Positions 50,741 through 61,436 of a stretch of DNA of 64,000 bases are shown here, in pieces. Origin of the DNA: Paramoeba atlantica (Eukaryota; Protista; Discosea); assembly GCA_977017575.1 (NCBI GenBank), contig CDRNVI010000016.1:434001-498000 (forward strand), written 5' to 3'. Both the position numbers and the translations under genes were made by a program. Under the pieces are notes generated by a model that saw only the letters and a program-made list of their open reading frames with translations, was not told where the DNA came from and searched no databases. Position 1 is the first letter of the stretch. The number at the start of each line of letters is the position of its first letter.

Positions 50741-53470
50741 ATGAAGAAAGCTAAAATATTTGCCCGCAAGGTGGTTACGGTAAAAAATCGTTTCCCTGAG
50801 CCAAAGAGTCATGATAGAGCTATGGCTGGATCCCCAAAACTTCGGAGTGATGTGCATTGCGGGATTATCGGATGCAGCGAATGCGTTTTATTTGAGCTGC
50901 CCGACGAAAGTGGCACGTTGCGTGCCGACAAGCCAATAGTAATTCCAACTGATTTTGTGCTAAGGAAATTTCACGACATTTTATCCCAATCCAGTGTTCA
51001 AAACGTTGTTCTTCTAGCTACCGTCGCAAAGGAGCTTCAATCTCAACATAGAACTGTGTACATGGCAATGACATCCAATAAAGCACCATGGTGGTATTAT
51101 TTTCCGAACGATTTTCACCTCGGGACGTACGTTGCAAAGCACGAAACCGGACAAAGCGCAGATTCCGATGAAGGAGGAGATTTTACAATTGCTTGTGTGA
51201 ATAAAGCCGTAGAGTGGTACCGTAGTCACACATCACTTCACGTCATTCAGTTAATTACATACGATGATGTATTGCAGTTTGTTCAACATACCATCGGGAA
51301 AAGTGATATGTGGGGTGATCGCGTAACCGAAACCTTCGAAGAACTCCTGAACTCAGATCACGCTAAGTCAAACGCTGAAAATGAGCCTTCATCCAAACCA
51401 AGTTGTACAGAACATCTTTCCGAAAAGGAAATGAAGTCCCTAATCTCTTCCGGGAAGGCATTCAGTGCAACACTTGACTCGACTGCTGCATTTTTCGCAT
51501 CATGCATGTGTCGGTGCCAGGATACGACGCTATCGCGTGTACAGATCTCAGGGGCACATGCTATCAACCGGGCACTTCACGGAGACACTGTGTGTATTGA
51601 AATTTTGGAAAAGAACGACACAGATCCCGATGCAAGAGAGAATCTCACTGGGCGTGTGAGAGGCATCCTACAAAAAGGACGAAGAACCATTTGTGGTGTC
51701 ATTGATGTTGAAAATCCGGGCTTGTTCTTACCCCGAAACTCCAAATTTCCAAAGATCAAACTTTTGGCACGAAGCCCTGAGCGATGGAGTAATTACTGGC
51801 TTCTACTTTCCGTTGAGGAGTGGAAATGCGATGCTACTTACCCCTCTGGTCACGTAGTAGAAAACTTGGGCCCTCGCGGCGATAAAGATGTTGAAGCGAA
51901 GGTAATCCTATTCGAGCATAATATTCCCCACTACGATTTCAGTCAATCAGTTCTCGCCTGTTTACCAACCGGCGAGTGGATTGCAGCTTCGACAGGTCGT
52001 CGAGATATGCGGCACATTGCGATATGTAGTGTTGATCCCGAAGGATGCAAGGATATTGACGATGCACTGCACTGCGTCACTTTAGAAAATGGTAATTTTG
52101 AAGTAGGTGTTCATATTGCTGACGTATCCCATTTTGTCAAGGAGGGCACTGAGTTAGATCTTGAAGCTCGTCGAAGAGGCACTAGTGTATATTTGGTAGA
52201 CCGACGAATTGATATGCTTCCGAAACTCTTTACTGAGAATTTGTGTTCGCTAGTAAGTGGTGAAGATCGCTATACATTTTCCGCTCTTTTTGAAGTTGAT
52301 TCAAATTGCAATTTGGTGCGCACTGCGTATTGTAAAGGTATAGTCTGTAGTCGGGCCAGTTTATCTTATGAAGTCGCTCAAGGCATTATCGATAACGATA
52401 AGAGTACGTCTGAATTGGCTGCTCCATTACGAAATCTCTTGCACTTGAGCAATTGTTTGAAGGCGAAAAGGAAGGAAGCAGGAGCAGTGTTCCTGCATTC
52501 TCTTGAGTTCAAATTTAAACTGGATGATCATCATCTGAATCCAACAGACATGATACAGTATGAATCGTACGATACGAATTCAATGATAGAAGAATGGATG
52601 TTATTTGCCAATCAAGCAGTAGCACAAGAGATTTTTAACGCCTCGCCCCAATGGGCACTGCTGCGAAGGCACACGCCGCCCAACCCCTCACTACTAGAGC
52701 CACTGAATCAAGCTTTAAAACAACGGGGACTGCAGCTTGACGCCCGATCATCGGGAGCGCTAAACGCTTCGCTGGAAAAATGCGTACAAGTTGATGATGC
52801 ACAATTTCAAAATATAGTACGCGCAATGGCAACCAGGTGTATGCAAAGAGCTACGTACATTAGCAGTGGGGACTTCAAGGCTGATGAATATTCACACTTT
52901 GGGTTGGCCTTACCCATATACACTCATTTCACGAGCCCCATACGCCGATATGCCGATCTTCTAGTGCATCGACAGTTAGAAGCGGCAATTGGACACTCCT
53001 CCCCATCGCTGCAACATAGCACCGAAGGCTACATGACTGAAACAGCTACCATACTAAACATCAGACATGAGAATGCGCAAAGTGCTGGACGTGACAGTCA
53101 GTCCATACACACCCAATATTACGTTTACCAAAATATGGATACCGGACTTTGCACTAAGCAACAGGAACCTCTTGCGGCGCAAAATGTTCGTGGGTATATC
53201 ACGCGCAAGAGGCAAGATGGAGTTTTCATGGTATTGCTGCCTCGCCTTGGATTAGAAGGTCCCATACAGGATGTGGAGTGCACAAGCACTACAGATACGG
53301 GGAAGACGAAAGATTTAGATCTACTCTCCGCGGTTCAAATCGACGTTGTGAAAGTAGGAAATACCAAAAAAGAGAGCCGCATACAGAATATCAGTGGTCG
53401 GTTTACATTTCGTAAGCACGATCCCTTGGACGCTTTCCTGACAGAGCCCGAACATAAACTTTCATCTTAA
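50741..53470 (+). CDS. RRP44: Exosome catalytic subunit Rrp44/Dis3 (PIN + RNB)
   Basis: CG..GC N-terminus, INRALHGDTV, VDPEGCKDIDDALH, GVHIADV, IEEWMLFAN, HFGLALPIYTHFTSPIRRYADLLVHRQL. Confidence 0.96.
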   Translation: MKKAKIFARKVVTVKNRFPEPKSHDRAMAGSPKLRSDVHCGIIGCSECVLFELPDESGTLRADKPIVIPTDFVLRKFHDILSQSSVQNVVLLATVAKELQSQHRTVYMAMTSNKAPWWYYFPNDFHLGTYVAKHETGQSADSDEGGDFTIACVNKAVEWYRSHTSLHVIQLITYDDVLQFVQHTIGKSDMWGDRVTETFEELLNSDHAKSNAENEPSSKPSCTEHLSEKEMKSLISSGKAFSATLDSTAAFFASCMCRCQDTTLSRVQISGAHAINRALHGDTVCIEILEKNDTDPDARENLTGRVRGILQKGRRTICGVIDVENPGLFLPRNSKFPKIKLLARSPERWSNYWLLLSVEEWKCDATYPSGHVVENLGPRGDKDVEAKVILFEHNIPHYDFSQSVLACLPTGEWIAASTGRRDMRHIAICSVDPEGCKDIDDALHCVTLENGNFEVGVHIADVSHFVKEGTELDLEARRRGTSVYLVDRRIDMLPKLFTENLCSLVSGEDRYTFSALFEVDSNCNLVRTAYCKGIVCSRASLSYEVAQGIIDNDKSTSELAAPLRNLLHLSNCLKAKRKEAGAVFLHSLEFKFKLDDHHLNPTDMIQYESYDTNSMIEEWMLFANQAVAQEIFNASPQWALLRRHTPPNPSLLEPLNQALKQRGLQLDARSSGALNASLEKCVQVDDAQFQNIVRAMATRCMQRATYISSGDFKADEYSHFGLALPIYTHFTSPIRRYADLLVHRQLEAAIGHSSPSLQHSTEGYMTETATILNIRHENAQSAGRDSQSIHTQYYVYQNMDTGLCTKQQEPLAAQNVRGYITRKRQDGVFMVLLPRLGLEGPIQDVECTSTTDTGKTKDLDLLSAVQIDVVKVGNTKKESRIQNISGRFTFRKHDPLDAFLTEPEHKLSS

Positions 53471-53739
53471 ACTACGCAGAGCAACAAAGCTAGGCGGCTT
53501 ATACTGATTCATTAGGCGCCTTGTTCATTTCGTTCATCTCACTTACTGCATTTCATAATTGGCATCCTTACCTTAACTATGCTTGAAAAGAGAAATCAAG
53601 GACGATACATCATAAATGAATTTCCTTTAAATTGACACATGCGCGTATTTTGCAGTCTTTAATCCCCGAAACCAAAATCTAAATTATTCAATTTCTTATC
53701 ATCAGAGTTCAAAACGAATTATTGATTCACATTTTACCT

Positions 53740-54720
53740 CCTTTCCCCTTTTCCTCATTTTCCTCCCCAACCCATCCATGCAATCCTACGCTCCGCCCGA
53801 TCCCTCCGGCGCACCCCTCTCCAACCCTTCCTACTACGACTTAATGTACCAACGCGGTTCCGCGCCCCATCCCCTCCTTCCCCAACCTATCCCCCCACCC
53901 CATCACCCCCCACCTTCTTCTATCCCTCCCCTTCCACCCTCCCCCTATCCCTCCTATTCCCCCCAGCCCCCACCCCCCCCCGCCCCCTACCCCCCTGCCC
54001 CCTACCCCGACCCCTCTGCCCTGAACCCCTGGTCCCCGAGCCCCACCCCCCCTTCCCTCCCCGACACCAGCACCAGCACCAGCGACACCACCGCCTACTA
54101 CGCCGGGTTCCACGACGGCACCCTGCGCCTCAGCCCCTTCGCCCCCGGCAGCCTGGCCTCCTGGATCGCCCCCCTCGCGGCCAACCTGCTGCTGTTCCTC
54201 GGCCCCGTGCTCTACATGCGCGCGCGCATGGCCCAGGCCGCGGCGAAGCCCGGGGCGCCCTCCTCCCCGAGCGCGCTGATGGAGATGTTCAACCCGCTGA
54301 AGTCCCGCGACTTCCGGGTCGACGTGAAGGGGACCACGTTCGCGGAGGTGATTGGGATCGAGGAGGCGAAGCGGGAGGTGCGGCAGTACGTGGATTTTCT
54401 GCGGCACCCGGAGAAGTACACGAAACTCGGGGGACGACTCCCGAAGGGGTGTCTGCTGACGGGGCGCCCGGGGACGGGGAAGACGTTGCTGGCGAAGGCC
54501 GTCGCGGGGGAGGCGGGGGTTCCGTTTTTTTGTTGCAGTGGGGCGGATTTTATTGAGGTCTTTGGGGGGAGTGGACCGAAACGGGTGCGAGAGCTGTTTG
54601 CTGCGGCGCGGGCTGCCGGAAAGTGTGTTGTTTTTATTGATGAAATTGATGCGATCGGGAGTAGAAGTAGTGGCAGGGGGATGGGCGGGGTGTCCTCGGA
54701 GGAGAATCGGACGATCAACC
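53740..54720. other. GC-rich island with a C-rich to G-rich skew flip at ~54310
   Basis: Extreme C runs 53740-54290, G-dominated 54330-54720, ordinary composition afterwards. Confidence 0.85.
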
Positions 54721-55862
54721 AACTGCTCTCTGAATTGGACGGCATGCAGAGTTCGGAGAATATTATCGTTCTCGCGGCTACAAACTTCCCTGAAGCAATA
54801 GATAAGGCATTAATGCGCGAGGGACGCTTTGATCGCAAAGTTAATATACCAATGCCCGATGAGGCCGCTCGTGCGGACCTTTTTGAATTCTACATGAATC
54901 GAGTTACTACTGGTGATCCGAACAGTAAAATAAAGGTGGCATCTAATGCGGAAGGATCTGTCCAGAATGATCGGAATTTAAGCGAAAAGAAAGTTGATAT
55001 TGCACAGGAAGTGTCCTCGAATCTTATAGTACCAGGTGTCAGCAACAAGTTAATGTCGTCGTGCTTAGCGGATCGCACGCCCGGCGTATCGCCAGCTCAA
55101 ATTTCAACTATCGTAAATGAAGCGGCCCTTAGCGCCGCAGTGTCAGAGCAGAAGTATGTTTCTTTGAAATATTTTCAAGAAGCCATTGACGATGTTCTGA
55201 TTGGGAAGAAGCATAGGCAACGAATGGGAGATGCAGCACTCCGCCGTACTGCATTTCATGAAAGTGGTCATTGCCTTACCGCATGGCTCAGTCCATTGCA
55301 AAAAGATGTCATCAAACTGAGCATAATTCCCCGTGGAAAGGCGGGAGGCTACACGCAGCAAGTACAGGACGAAGCTTTGAATCCGCACACGAATGATTTT
55401 CTCTTTTCTAATCTTTGCGTACTGGCAGGTGGTAGAGTTGCTGAACAACTAATTTTTGGAGATGTGAGTACTGGAGCCATGGACGATTTACAACGCGCAA
55501 CGAAACTTGCTATGGATAAGTTGCTTTTGTATGGGATGAGTGAGGCACCACGAGAATTACGCGAAGGTAAATTAGATGAAACGAAAAATCCGATTAGTAA
55601 CAAATCGGGAACGATGCTTTCTTTTCAGTACGATAGTACGAAGAGCGAGGGACGCGGTTGGATGCCATTTAGCGAAAGTCATCACGCAAAGGTCGAAACT
55701 GAGGCGAAATGTATGGTAGATAGAGCGTTTGCTTATACTGAAAATTTGTTAAAACAAAATTTGAGTTTACTAACTGAACTTGCTGAGCGGCTGCTGAAAG
55801 ACAAAGAGCTTGATAGGGACGCAATAATTGTTGTGCTAGGTAAACGCGACACTGTCAGCTAG
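53778..55862 (+). CDS. FtsH/paraplegin-family ATP-dependent zinc metalloprotease with a Pro-rich N-terminus
   Basis: Walker A GRPGTGKT, Walker B FIDEIDAIG, SRH ATNFPEAIDKALMREGRFDRK, HExxH (FHESGH), LAGGRVAEQL, GAMDDLQRAT. Confidence 0.96.
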   Translation: MQSYAPPDPSGAPLSNPSYYDLMYQRGSAPHPLLPQPIPPPHHPPPSSIPPLPPSPYPSYSPQPPPPPAPYPPAPYPDPSALNPWSPSPTPPSLPDTSTSTSDTTAYYAGFHDGTLRLSPFAPGSLASWIAPLAANLLLFLGPVLYMRARMAQAAAKPGAPSSPSALMEMFNPLKSRDFRVDVKGTTFAEVIGIEEAKREVRQYVDFLRHPEKYTKLGGRLPKGCLLTGRPGTGKTLLAKAVAGEAGVPFFCCSGADFIEVFGGSGPKRVRELFAAARAAGKCVVFIDEIDAIGSRSSGRGMGGVSSEENRTINQLLSELDGMQSSENIIVLAATNFPEAIDKALMREGRFDRKVNIPMPDEAARADLFEFYMNRVTTGDPNSKIKVASNAEGSVQNDRNLSEKKVDIAQEVSSNLIVPGVSNKLMSSCLADRTPGVSPAQISTIVNEAALSAAVSEQKYVSLKYFQEAIDDVLIGKKHRQRMGDAALRRTAFHESGHCLTAWLSPLQKDVIKLSIIPRGKAGGYTQQVQDEALNPHTNDFLFSNLCVLAGGRVAEQLIFGDVSTGAMDDLQRATKLAMDKLLLYGMSEAPRELREGKLDETKNPISNKSGTMLSFQYDSTKSEGRGWMPFSESHHAKVETEAKCMVDRAFAYTENLLKQNLSLLTELAERLLKDKELDRDAIIVVLGKRDTVS

Positions 55863-56010
55863 GAGCAAGTACGTTCGTTGGTGCAAACATGTTCGCGTGT
55901 ATGGTATCATGAAGTGTACGGAAGTGGATGTCGCATTCTGTGAATGGATTGTACACATACGGAATGCAAGGGTATAGTGCATGTATAGTGTTTATAGTTA
56001 AATTTAAATA

Positions 56011-56044
56011 CACATGTACATGTACGTACATGTACATGTACGTA
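56011..56044. repeat. ACATGT/ACGT palindromic microsatellite-like repeat
   Basis: cacatgtacatgtacgtacatgtacatgtacgtac. Confidence 0.7.
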
Positions 56045-56398
56045 CTACTGTATGTATGGTAGCAGAAAGTTTTACCTTCGTGAAACGTCCTACTGTTGTA
56101 GATAAGGATTTTCCTCATCAAAAATCTGAAAAATGGGTAATAGTTCAAAGAAAATGACGACACTGGAAGATACAGAAGTACATGTTTTTCGAAGTTCTTG
56201 GAGCTTGACAGTCAAGAAGCGATACCTGCGCATATAAACGTTTACATAAATAAATGTATAAATACACATGTTTAAATATACGTGTACATGAGTGTATCGT
56301 CTGTGAATCGACATCTATGTCAAGTATCTAACTAGATATGCTCATATGATGTTTCAAACCAACACTTTGTTGAACTGCAGCCCTCAATGTGAGTCTGT

Positions 56399-59300
56399 GT
56401 GTATGTCTTCGTATGTATGTCAATGACCGCCACACTCAATCGAACGCTTGGCTCGAAACCTGGGTCAAAGATGCCAAGCTATTTTAATCTTTTTCGGAGA
56501 ACAGGAGCGCTTCGCATATCAGGAACGGGGGCGCATTTCTATTATCGCCTTAGTAACACTAATGATTTGAAGACGACACCGCATTCTTTGGAATTAATAC
56601 ATGCCCTCCATGATTTTCAAGTAGAAGGATCAATAGTCCTGTTGTATTCCATAGGTTACTTGTTGCTCGACAAGCCTGGAGCAATGACACTTTCAAACTT
56701 GTGGAAACAACTAAATACGTGTTCCCATGTATTGCCCATTCTCAAACAGGGAGGGCTGCTCCCAGAATCTTCGTCTTCCGGTTCAAATGGTCTGAGAATA
56801 ACGTACAGTGACTGCTTGAAAACGCACGGAAATACAGTTGAATGTTTGTACAACCTGCTGGTTTCGCATCCTCGAATCTATAAGATAACTTTGCCTTGGC
56901 TCCACCACAAATCGACACACGATTCCCAGCCGGGTAGACCTACTCAAACTTTACGGAGACATCAAGATGTCGAAATACTGGAAAATGTAGAGCAGAACAA
57001 ACCAAACATTAGAAAGAGCGCACGTCCGTTGTCGGCTGTGCCATTAGAGTCTTCATCAAAGCGAGATGTTTCCTCTCTGGAAAACCTGACCACTAGAAAC
57101 AGCATGTCGTCGGATAGCCCTAGATCATTGTCTTTAACTCCTGTTATCCGTAATCATGGAGATGCACTAGTAGAGTTTTCTACAGATGTGTCAGTTCTCC
57201 GATGCATTTTTCGGGCGTTTAGCAAGTCTGCTCTTCTCGTCAATCAATGCCTTGATAGCAATTCATCTTCGCTTTCAATGAGCCTTTGTACTTGCGACGT
57301 TAGAAACCTGAGTAGCTGTCTGGACAAACCAACACATTCCTATATGGCTTTACGCGGACATAGTTCTCTAGCAACATTCGCCATTCGTAATCTGTATAAC
57401 TTTTTCGTCTTCAAGTGTGAATCGAATACGTCGCATAATTGTTGGACATCGTATCCTGATAACAATGTCATGTGTACGCATATGTGGCCAATTGGGAACC
57501 TTCCTGGGATTCGCTTTCGCTCCAAACACTATCTGCTGAACTGGCCTCCGGATCAATTTAGCGACAGTACATCAATCTCAAGTCCTGCACTGTCTTTTGA
57601 GAAGCTACGCAGAGCAATCACAGTAAAAAGCAATAATCCAAAGACCCACACAAACATAGATCCTTTGGATGTTCCATGGCTATGGCTACTCAGTCCCTTG
57701 GAGAACTCTCATCCATGGCAATCACGATTTCTTATATTAGACGTAATAAAACGCATGTTGTTGGGAGTTGCCGAGGAATCAACTGCTTTGATTCTTTCCC
57801 AGGCGATAGGTACTGCAATGTGTTTAGGGCTGTCGTCAAAAGCTCGTTTACTCTTCAATAAATGTAACATAGATTTGCAAGACTTGTGTCTGAAATTTGG
57901 GAGCTTTTACGAAATTTCTTTATTGCAGTATACAAAATGCGTGAAACGGTACGGCAGGTTGATTGGATTACTGCTAGAATCTGAAGATAAAAATCGTGAT
58001 CACGAGCCGATTGAAAAGAGATTGGTACGGCGCTGCAAGTCCCTATTTTCTGCTGACGCCGAACTCGAATCAACTTCCAAAATTGAAGTGATCCACAATC
58101 TTGATCAGGAGGATGGAACAGGGACAGTGCCCTTGTACCTAAGTTTTAGACAGTATTCTAATGAATTGCTTCAATGGCTGCAAAGTCTTATACCTACCGA
58201 GTGGACCTCACATTCTAATCTTTCATATAAACTAAAGTCAGCCAATATAGGATTTTCCATACATAAAAGAAAGCACTTTATCTACGCCATGATACACTTC
58301 TCTACTCATTTTGATCTTTCAATCGGGTACGCAAGGACGGATGGACGATACAATGAAGGACGCGTTTCCTTTGAATTTTATGTTAGGAGGAAACTCAAGG
58401 ATTGGTCTATATTTCGACCTTCCACCACGAAAATGCAACGTTGTTGTTTAGTTGACTCCATATTTTGGTTTAGAGAAAAATCCAAATTAGTAACAAGTGA
58501 AACGCTGCAATATTTACTCGCCTTGCACCTGTCTCTAATTTTTCCGAATTGTTGCTTAATCCCCTTCAATATTGCTTTAAGCAATCTTCCGGAATCGCTG
58601 AAAACGGTTATGTCTCATCTAGCTGTATGTCCTGAAACTTTGATTCGATCTTATCCTAAATTCTTTGAAATTTATTATACTAAGAAATCAGCATTGGAGG
58701 TCAGAAGTCGGCTAGCTGTGTATAAAACGAACCCTGACGAAACTTCAGATTCCCGAATTTGTTGTATTGAATGTTGTCCTAAGGAAGTCTCTGCAGTCCA
58801 CGGATTTTGTCTTACTGATGCATATCTGTTTGAAAAATATGATCTGTTTTCACACCCCGTATCCTTTTTGATGCGCGAAGAATCTAACAAGATATCTAGT
58901 GTCTCTACGTGGAAAATTGCGAGGGATAAATTTCGGCACCAATACATCCAATTTCCAGCAAAAGACACAGGGCATCAATATTACTCAAGCGAAGAAAATC
59001 TTGGGAAAATAGAGACTAAAACAGACACAGACAGTTCGCAAATTAATGACGAAAGTAAGTCGACAAACTTTGTAAGGAAGCGCGAAATGTTTTTGTGTAA
59101 TCCTATAGCGCAGAGGGTTGTTTTGGTGGGGACAATTTGCGATGTTATTCAAAATATGACCTTGTCAAGTACAACTGCTCGAGAATGCAAGCAAACGTTC
59201 ACAAACAATAGTGTTTCCATACCAGATTCAGATATACAAGAACATTACTTGGTTAAGGGGATGTTTAAGAATCTTGTTCCCGCCAAAGACATTGTATTAG

Positions 59301-61024
59301 CTCTTTCTAACCGCGAACAATTAATTTTGACGAAGCTTGTCGCGCAATGGAGTGACATGGAGGAGGATCTTTTAGAGTTATCCACAGTATGTGCACAAGA
59401 TACAATAGCTGCACCTTTGTATAAAGAATCCAAAGTTACAAACAACCTCGAAATGGATCATCTATCAGAATCGGCCAACGAAGGAACTGTATGCTTTTTC
59501 TGTTCGAAGTATCCCAATATTTTTTATTCTGACTCTCGGCGCAAATTGATAGGGTTGCATTCCAATTTTGTTTATAAACCAGGAATAACTTTCGCAGCGA
59601 ATTCTGATGTAAATGATCTTCAACTCGCCACATCTTTGGATAAAAAGAAACGAGAAAAGCAGAATTCTCCAACTTTCAACACTTCACATCTATCACAGAC
59701 ATCGTTTTTGTCCTCTATCTACCGTCATTGGAACAGACCCCAATTTGAAAGTCTTTTGACCACTATGCTCGCCCATTGGCCTTCTAGAGAATTGGCCCGC
59801 ACCAAAATCTTTAAGGATCGTAGGGCACTAAGTCAAAGGCAGGTAAGTGAACTTTATCACGCAGAAATTGCTTCAGATCAACATATTATCGAACGTAGAC
59901 ATCTCGCCTTGTGTCAATCGAATATGGAAAATCGCGGTTTACATTATCCTGAGCAGATTGCTAGACGTGTGGAAGCGGAAATTCCTATCAAAGGCGAAAT
60001 ACGATGGTCCGCGCTTTGGCGTAGATTGGATTCAGAAACTCGGTTATCGATTCCTCGTAGAATAACCAATTTTTTAACGTGTTTCCCAGAGCTCATACAG
60101 TACCGCGTGTTACAGGGAAGTCTCCTGCTTTCCCGTCCATCATATAATTTCGGTGATGATACGGACGAAAAGGCGGTCGCACTTACCAGGAAGCATTCTT
60201 ATTCCAATAAGCTACCTATAGGGCATGATTATATAAATTACAAGTTATGTCCCAATGTTACTCGAAACGGCTTTTCTAAATTACTTCTGTTTTGTATTTT
60301 GCCTCTTCAAAAAATTTCATTGCAGCGACTTTTACAAAGTTGTCCGGCAAGCCTGAATTTAAACCCCAAACAATTTGAGAGAGACACTGACAAAATCGAA
60401 ATCACGTATTCTGAACGGTGCCCAACGCACATTCGCAGGACGGTTGCTAATGATATAGAAGGCCTTCAAAATTTCTGCGCATCAGATAATTCTAGCTTTG
60501 CAAAAAATGTTTCAAGCCTCACAAGGCGAGATGTACTAATTCTTCGCCAAATAGTTGATACCTTAGTACACAGAAAGGGTATGAATAAATTTCTATCCGG
60601 AAGAGAGGTGCTGGGAATTATTCACTCGCATTTTTCACAACCAGACCTCCTGAGCCACATTATATTACTCGCTCGCAAAATCTCTTCCGTTCTGCATGTC
60701 AACGAGGTTGTTAAAACAATTTATCCCAATCATGAGGACTCACAATTGGAGCATAACCTAGATTTGACTACAATCAAATTTGCCGATAGATACGTAGCTA
60801 GAAAATACATCGCAAGGAATTGGGAAATTGCTTGTTTAGCCCATTCCTCCGCACTTAATATGAAGAATTCGGGAGGTAAATTAGAACTATCACATTTTTA
60901 CGACAAAATTCTCGATGCTAATATGAGAAAGAAGATGCAACGGGATGATGTCCAATGGATTTTAGAGCACTGTCCTTACATGCATATGAAGGCGACAACA
61001 ATAGAGGTCAATGAATTTATCTGA
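56399..61024 (+). CDS. Large hypothetical protein (~1530 aa), no family recognised (first ATG 56417)
   Basis: Uninterrupted 4.6-kb ORF on the cluster strand. Confidence 0.8.
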   Translation: MYVFVCMSMTATLNRTLGSKPGSKMPSYFNLFRRTGALRISGTGAHFYYRLSNTNDLKTTPHSLELIHALHDFQVEGSIVLLYSIGYLLLDKPGAMTLSNLWKQLNTCSHVLPILKQGGLLPESSSSGSNGLRITYSDCLKTHGNTVECLYNLLVSHPRIYKITLPWLHHKSTHDSQPGRPTQTLRRHQDVEILENVEQNKPNIRKSARPLSAVPLESSSKRDVSSLENLTTRNSMSSDSPRSLSLTPVIRNHGDALVEFSTDVSVLRCIFRAFSKSALLVNQCLDSNSSSLSMSLCTCDVRNLSSCLDKPTHSYMALRGHSSLATFAIRNLYNFFVFKCESNTSHNCWTSYPDNNVMCTHMWPIGNLPGIRFRSKHYLLNWPPDQFSDSTSISSPALSFEKLRRAITVKSNNPKTHTNIDPLDVPWLWLLSPLENSHPWQSRFLILDVIKRMLLGVAEESTALILSQAIGTAMCLGLSSKARLLFNKCNIDLQDLCLKFGSFYEISLLQYTKCVKRYGRLIGLLLESEDKNRDHEPIEKRLVRRCKSLFSADAELESTSKIEVIHNLDQEDGTGTVPLYLSFRQYSNELLQWLQSLIPTEWTSHSNLSYKLKSANIGFSIHKRKHFIYAMIHFSTHFDLSIGYARTDGRYNEGRVSFEFYVRRKLKDWSIFRPSTTKMQRCCLVDSIFWFREKSKLVTSETLQYLLALHLSLIFPNCCLIPFNIALSNLPESLKTVMSHLAVCPETLIRSYPKFFEIYYTKKSALEVRSRLAVYKTNPDETSDSRICCIECCPKEVSAVHGFCLTDAYLFEKYDLFSHPVSFLMREESNKISSVSTWKIARDKFRHQYIQFPAKDTGHQYYSSEENLGKIETKTDTDSSQINDESKSTNFVRKREMFLCNPIAQRVVLVGTICDVIQNMTLSSTTARECKQTFTNNSVSIPDSDIQEHYLVKGMFKNLVPAKDIVLALSNREQLILTKLVAQWSDMEEDLLELSTVCAQDTIAAPLYKESKVTNNLEMDHLSESANEGTVCFFCSKYPNIFYSDSRRKLIGLHSNFVYKPGITFAANSDVNDLQLATSLDKKKREKQNSPTFNTSHLSQTSFLSSIYRHWNRPQFESLLTTMLAHWPSRELARTKIFKDRRALSQRQVSELYHAEIASDQHIIERRHLALCQSNMENRGLHYPEQIARRVEAEIPIKGEIRWSALWRRLDSETRLSIPRRITNFLTCFPELIQYRVLQGSLLLSRPSYNFGDDTDEKAVALTRKHSYSNKLPIGHDYINYKLCPNVTRNGFSKLLLFCILPLQKISLQRLLQSCPASLNLNPKQFERDTDKIEITYSERCPTHIRRTVANDIEGLQNFCASDNSSFAKNVSSLTRRDVLILRQIVDTLVHRKGMNKFLSGREVLGIIHSHFSQPDLLSHIILLARKISSVLHVNEVVKTIYPNHEDSQLEHNLDLTTIKFADRYVARKYIARNWEIACLAHSSALNMKNSGGKLELSHFYDKILDANMRKKMQRDDVQWILEHCPYMHMKATTIEVNEFI

Positions 61025-61436
61025 AAAGTTATGATCCAAGAAAATACCTTCCATTTCAAGTTATCGGGGCTAGCGAATGCGGGGAGAGAAACGTTTGTAC
61101 ATCAGATGTATTAAGCACATGTACATACACTTATCGTTTAATTTTAAATTTCATAAATTTTATGACAGATGCTAGAGCTTTTTCCATGGAATGATCTGAT
61201 GATCACTTTCATGAAGAGCAAACGTATGCATTGTTCGACGGGGCAGTTAAGATTGCATTTGTAACATTACAACATTAATAAATTTATATTACTAAATTTA
61301 TATTATTACTTATACTGGCTATATTATTCTCAAGTAGAAAAGATAAAATAACTGAAAAGATAATAACTGAAACTTGCTTCCAGTTCTGCCTTTAATAACA
61401 TATTACGTACCAGTAACGTATTACATACCACCTTAT

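Noticed and set aside
55855-56314. Minus-strand ORFs with MYVHVHVY-type repeats
   Set aside because: Translations of the ACATGT repeat tract, against the cluster direction.
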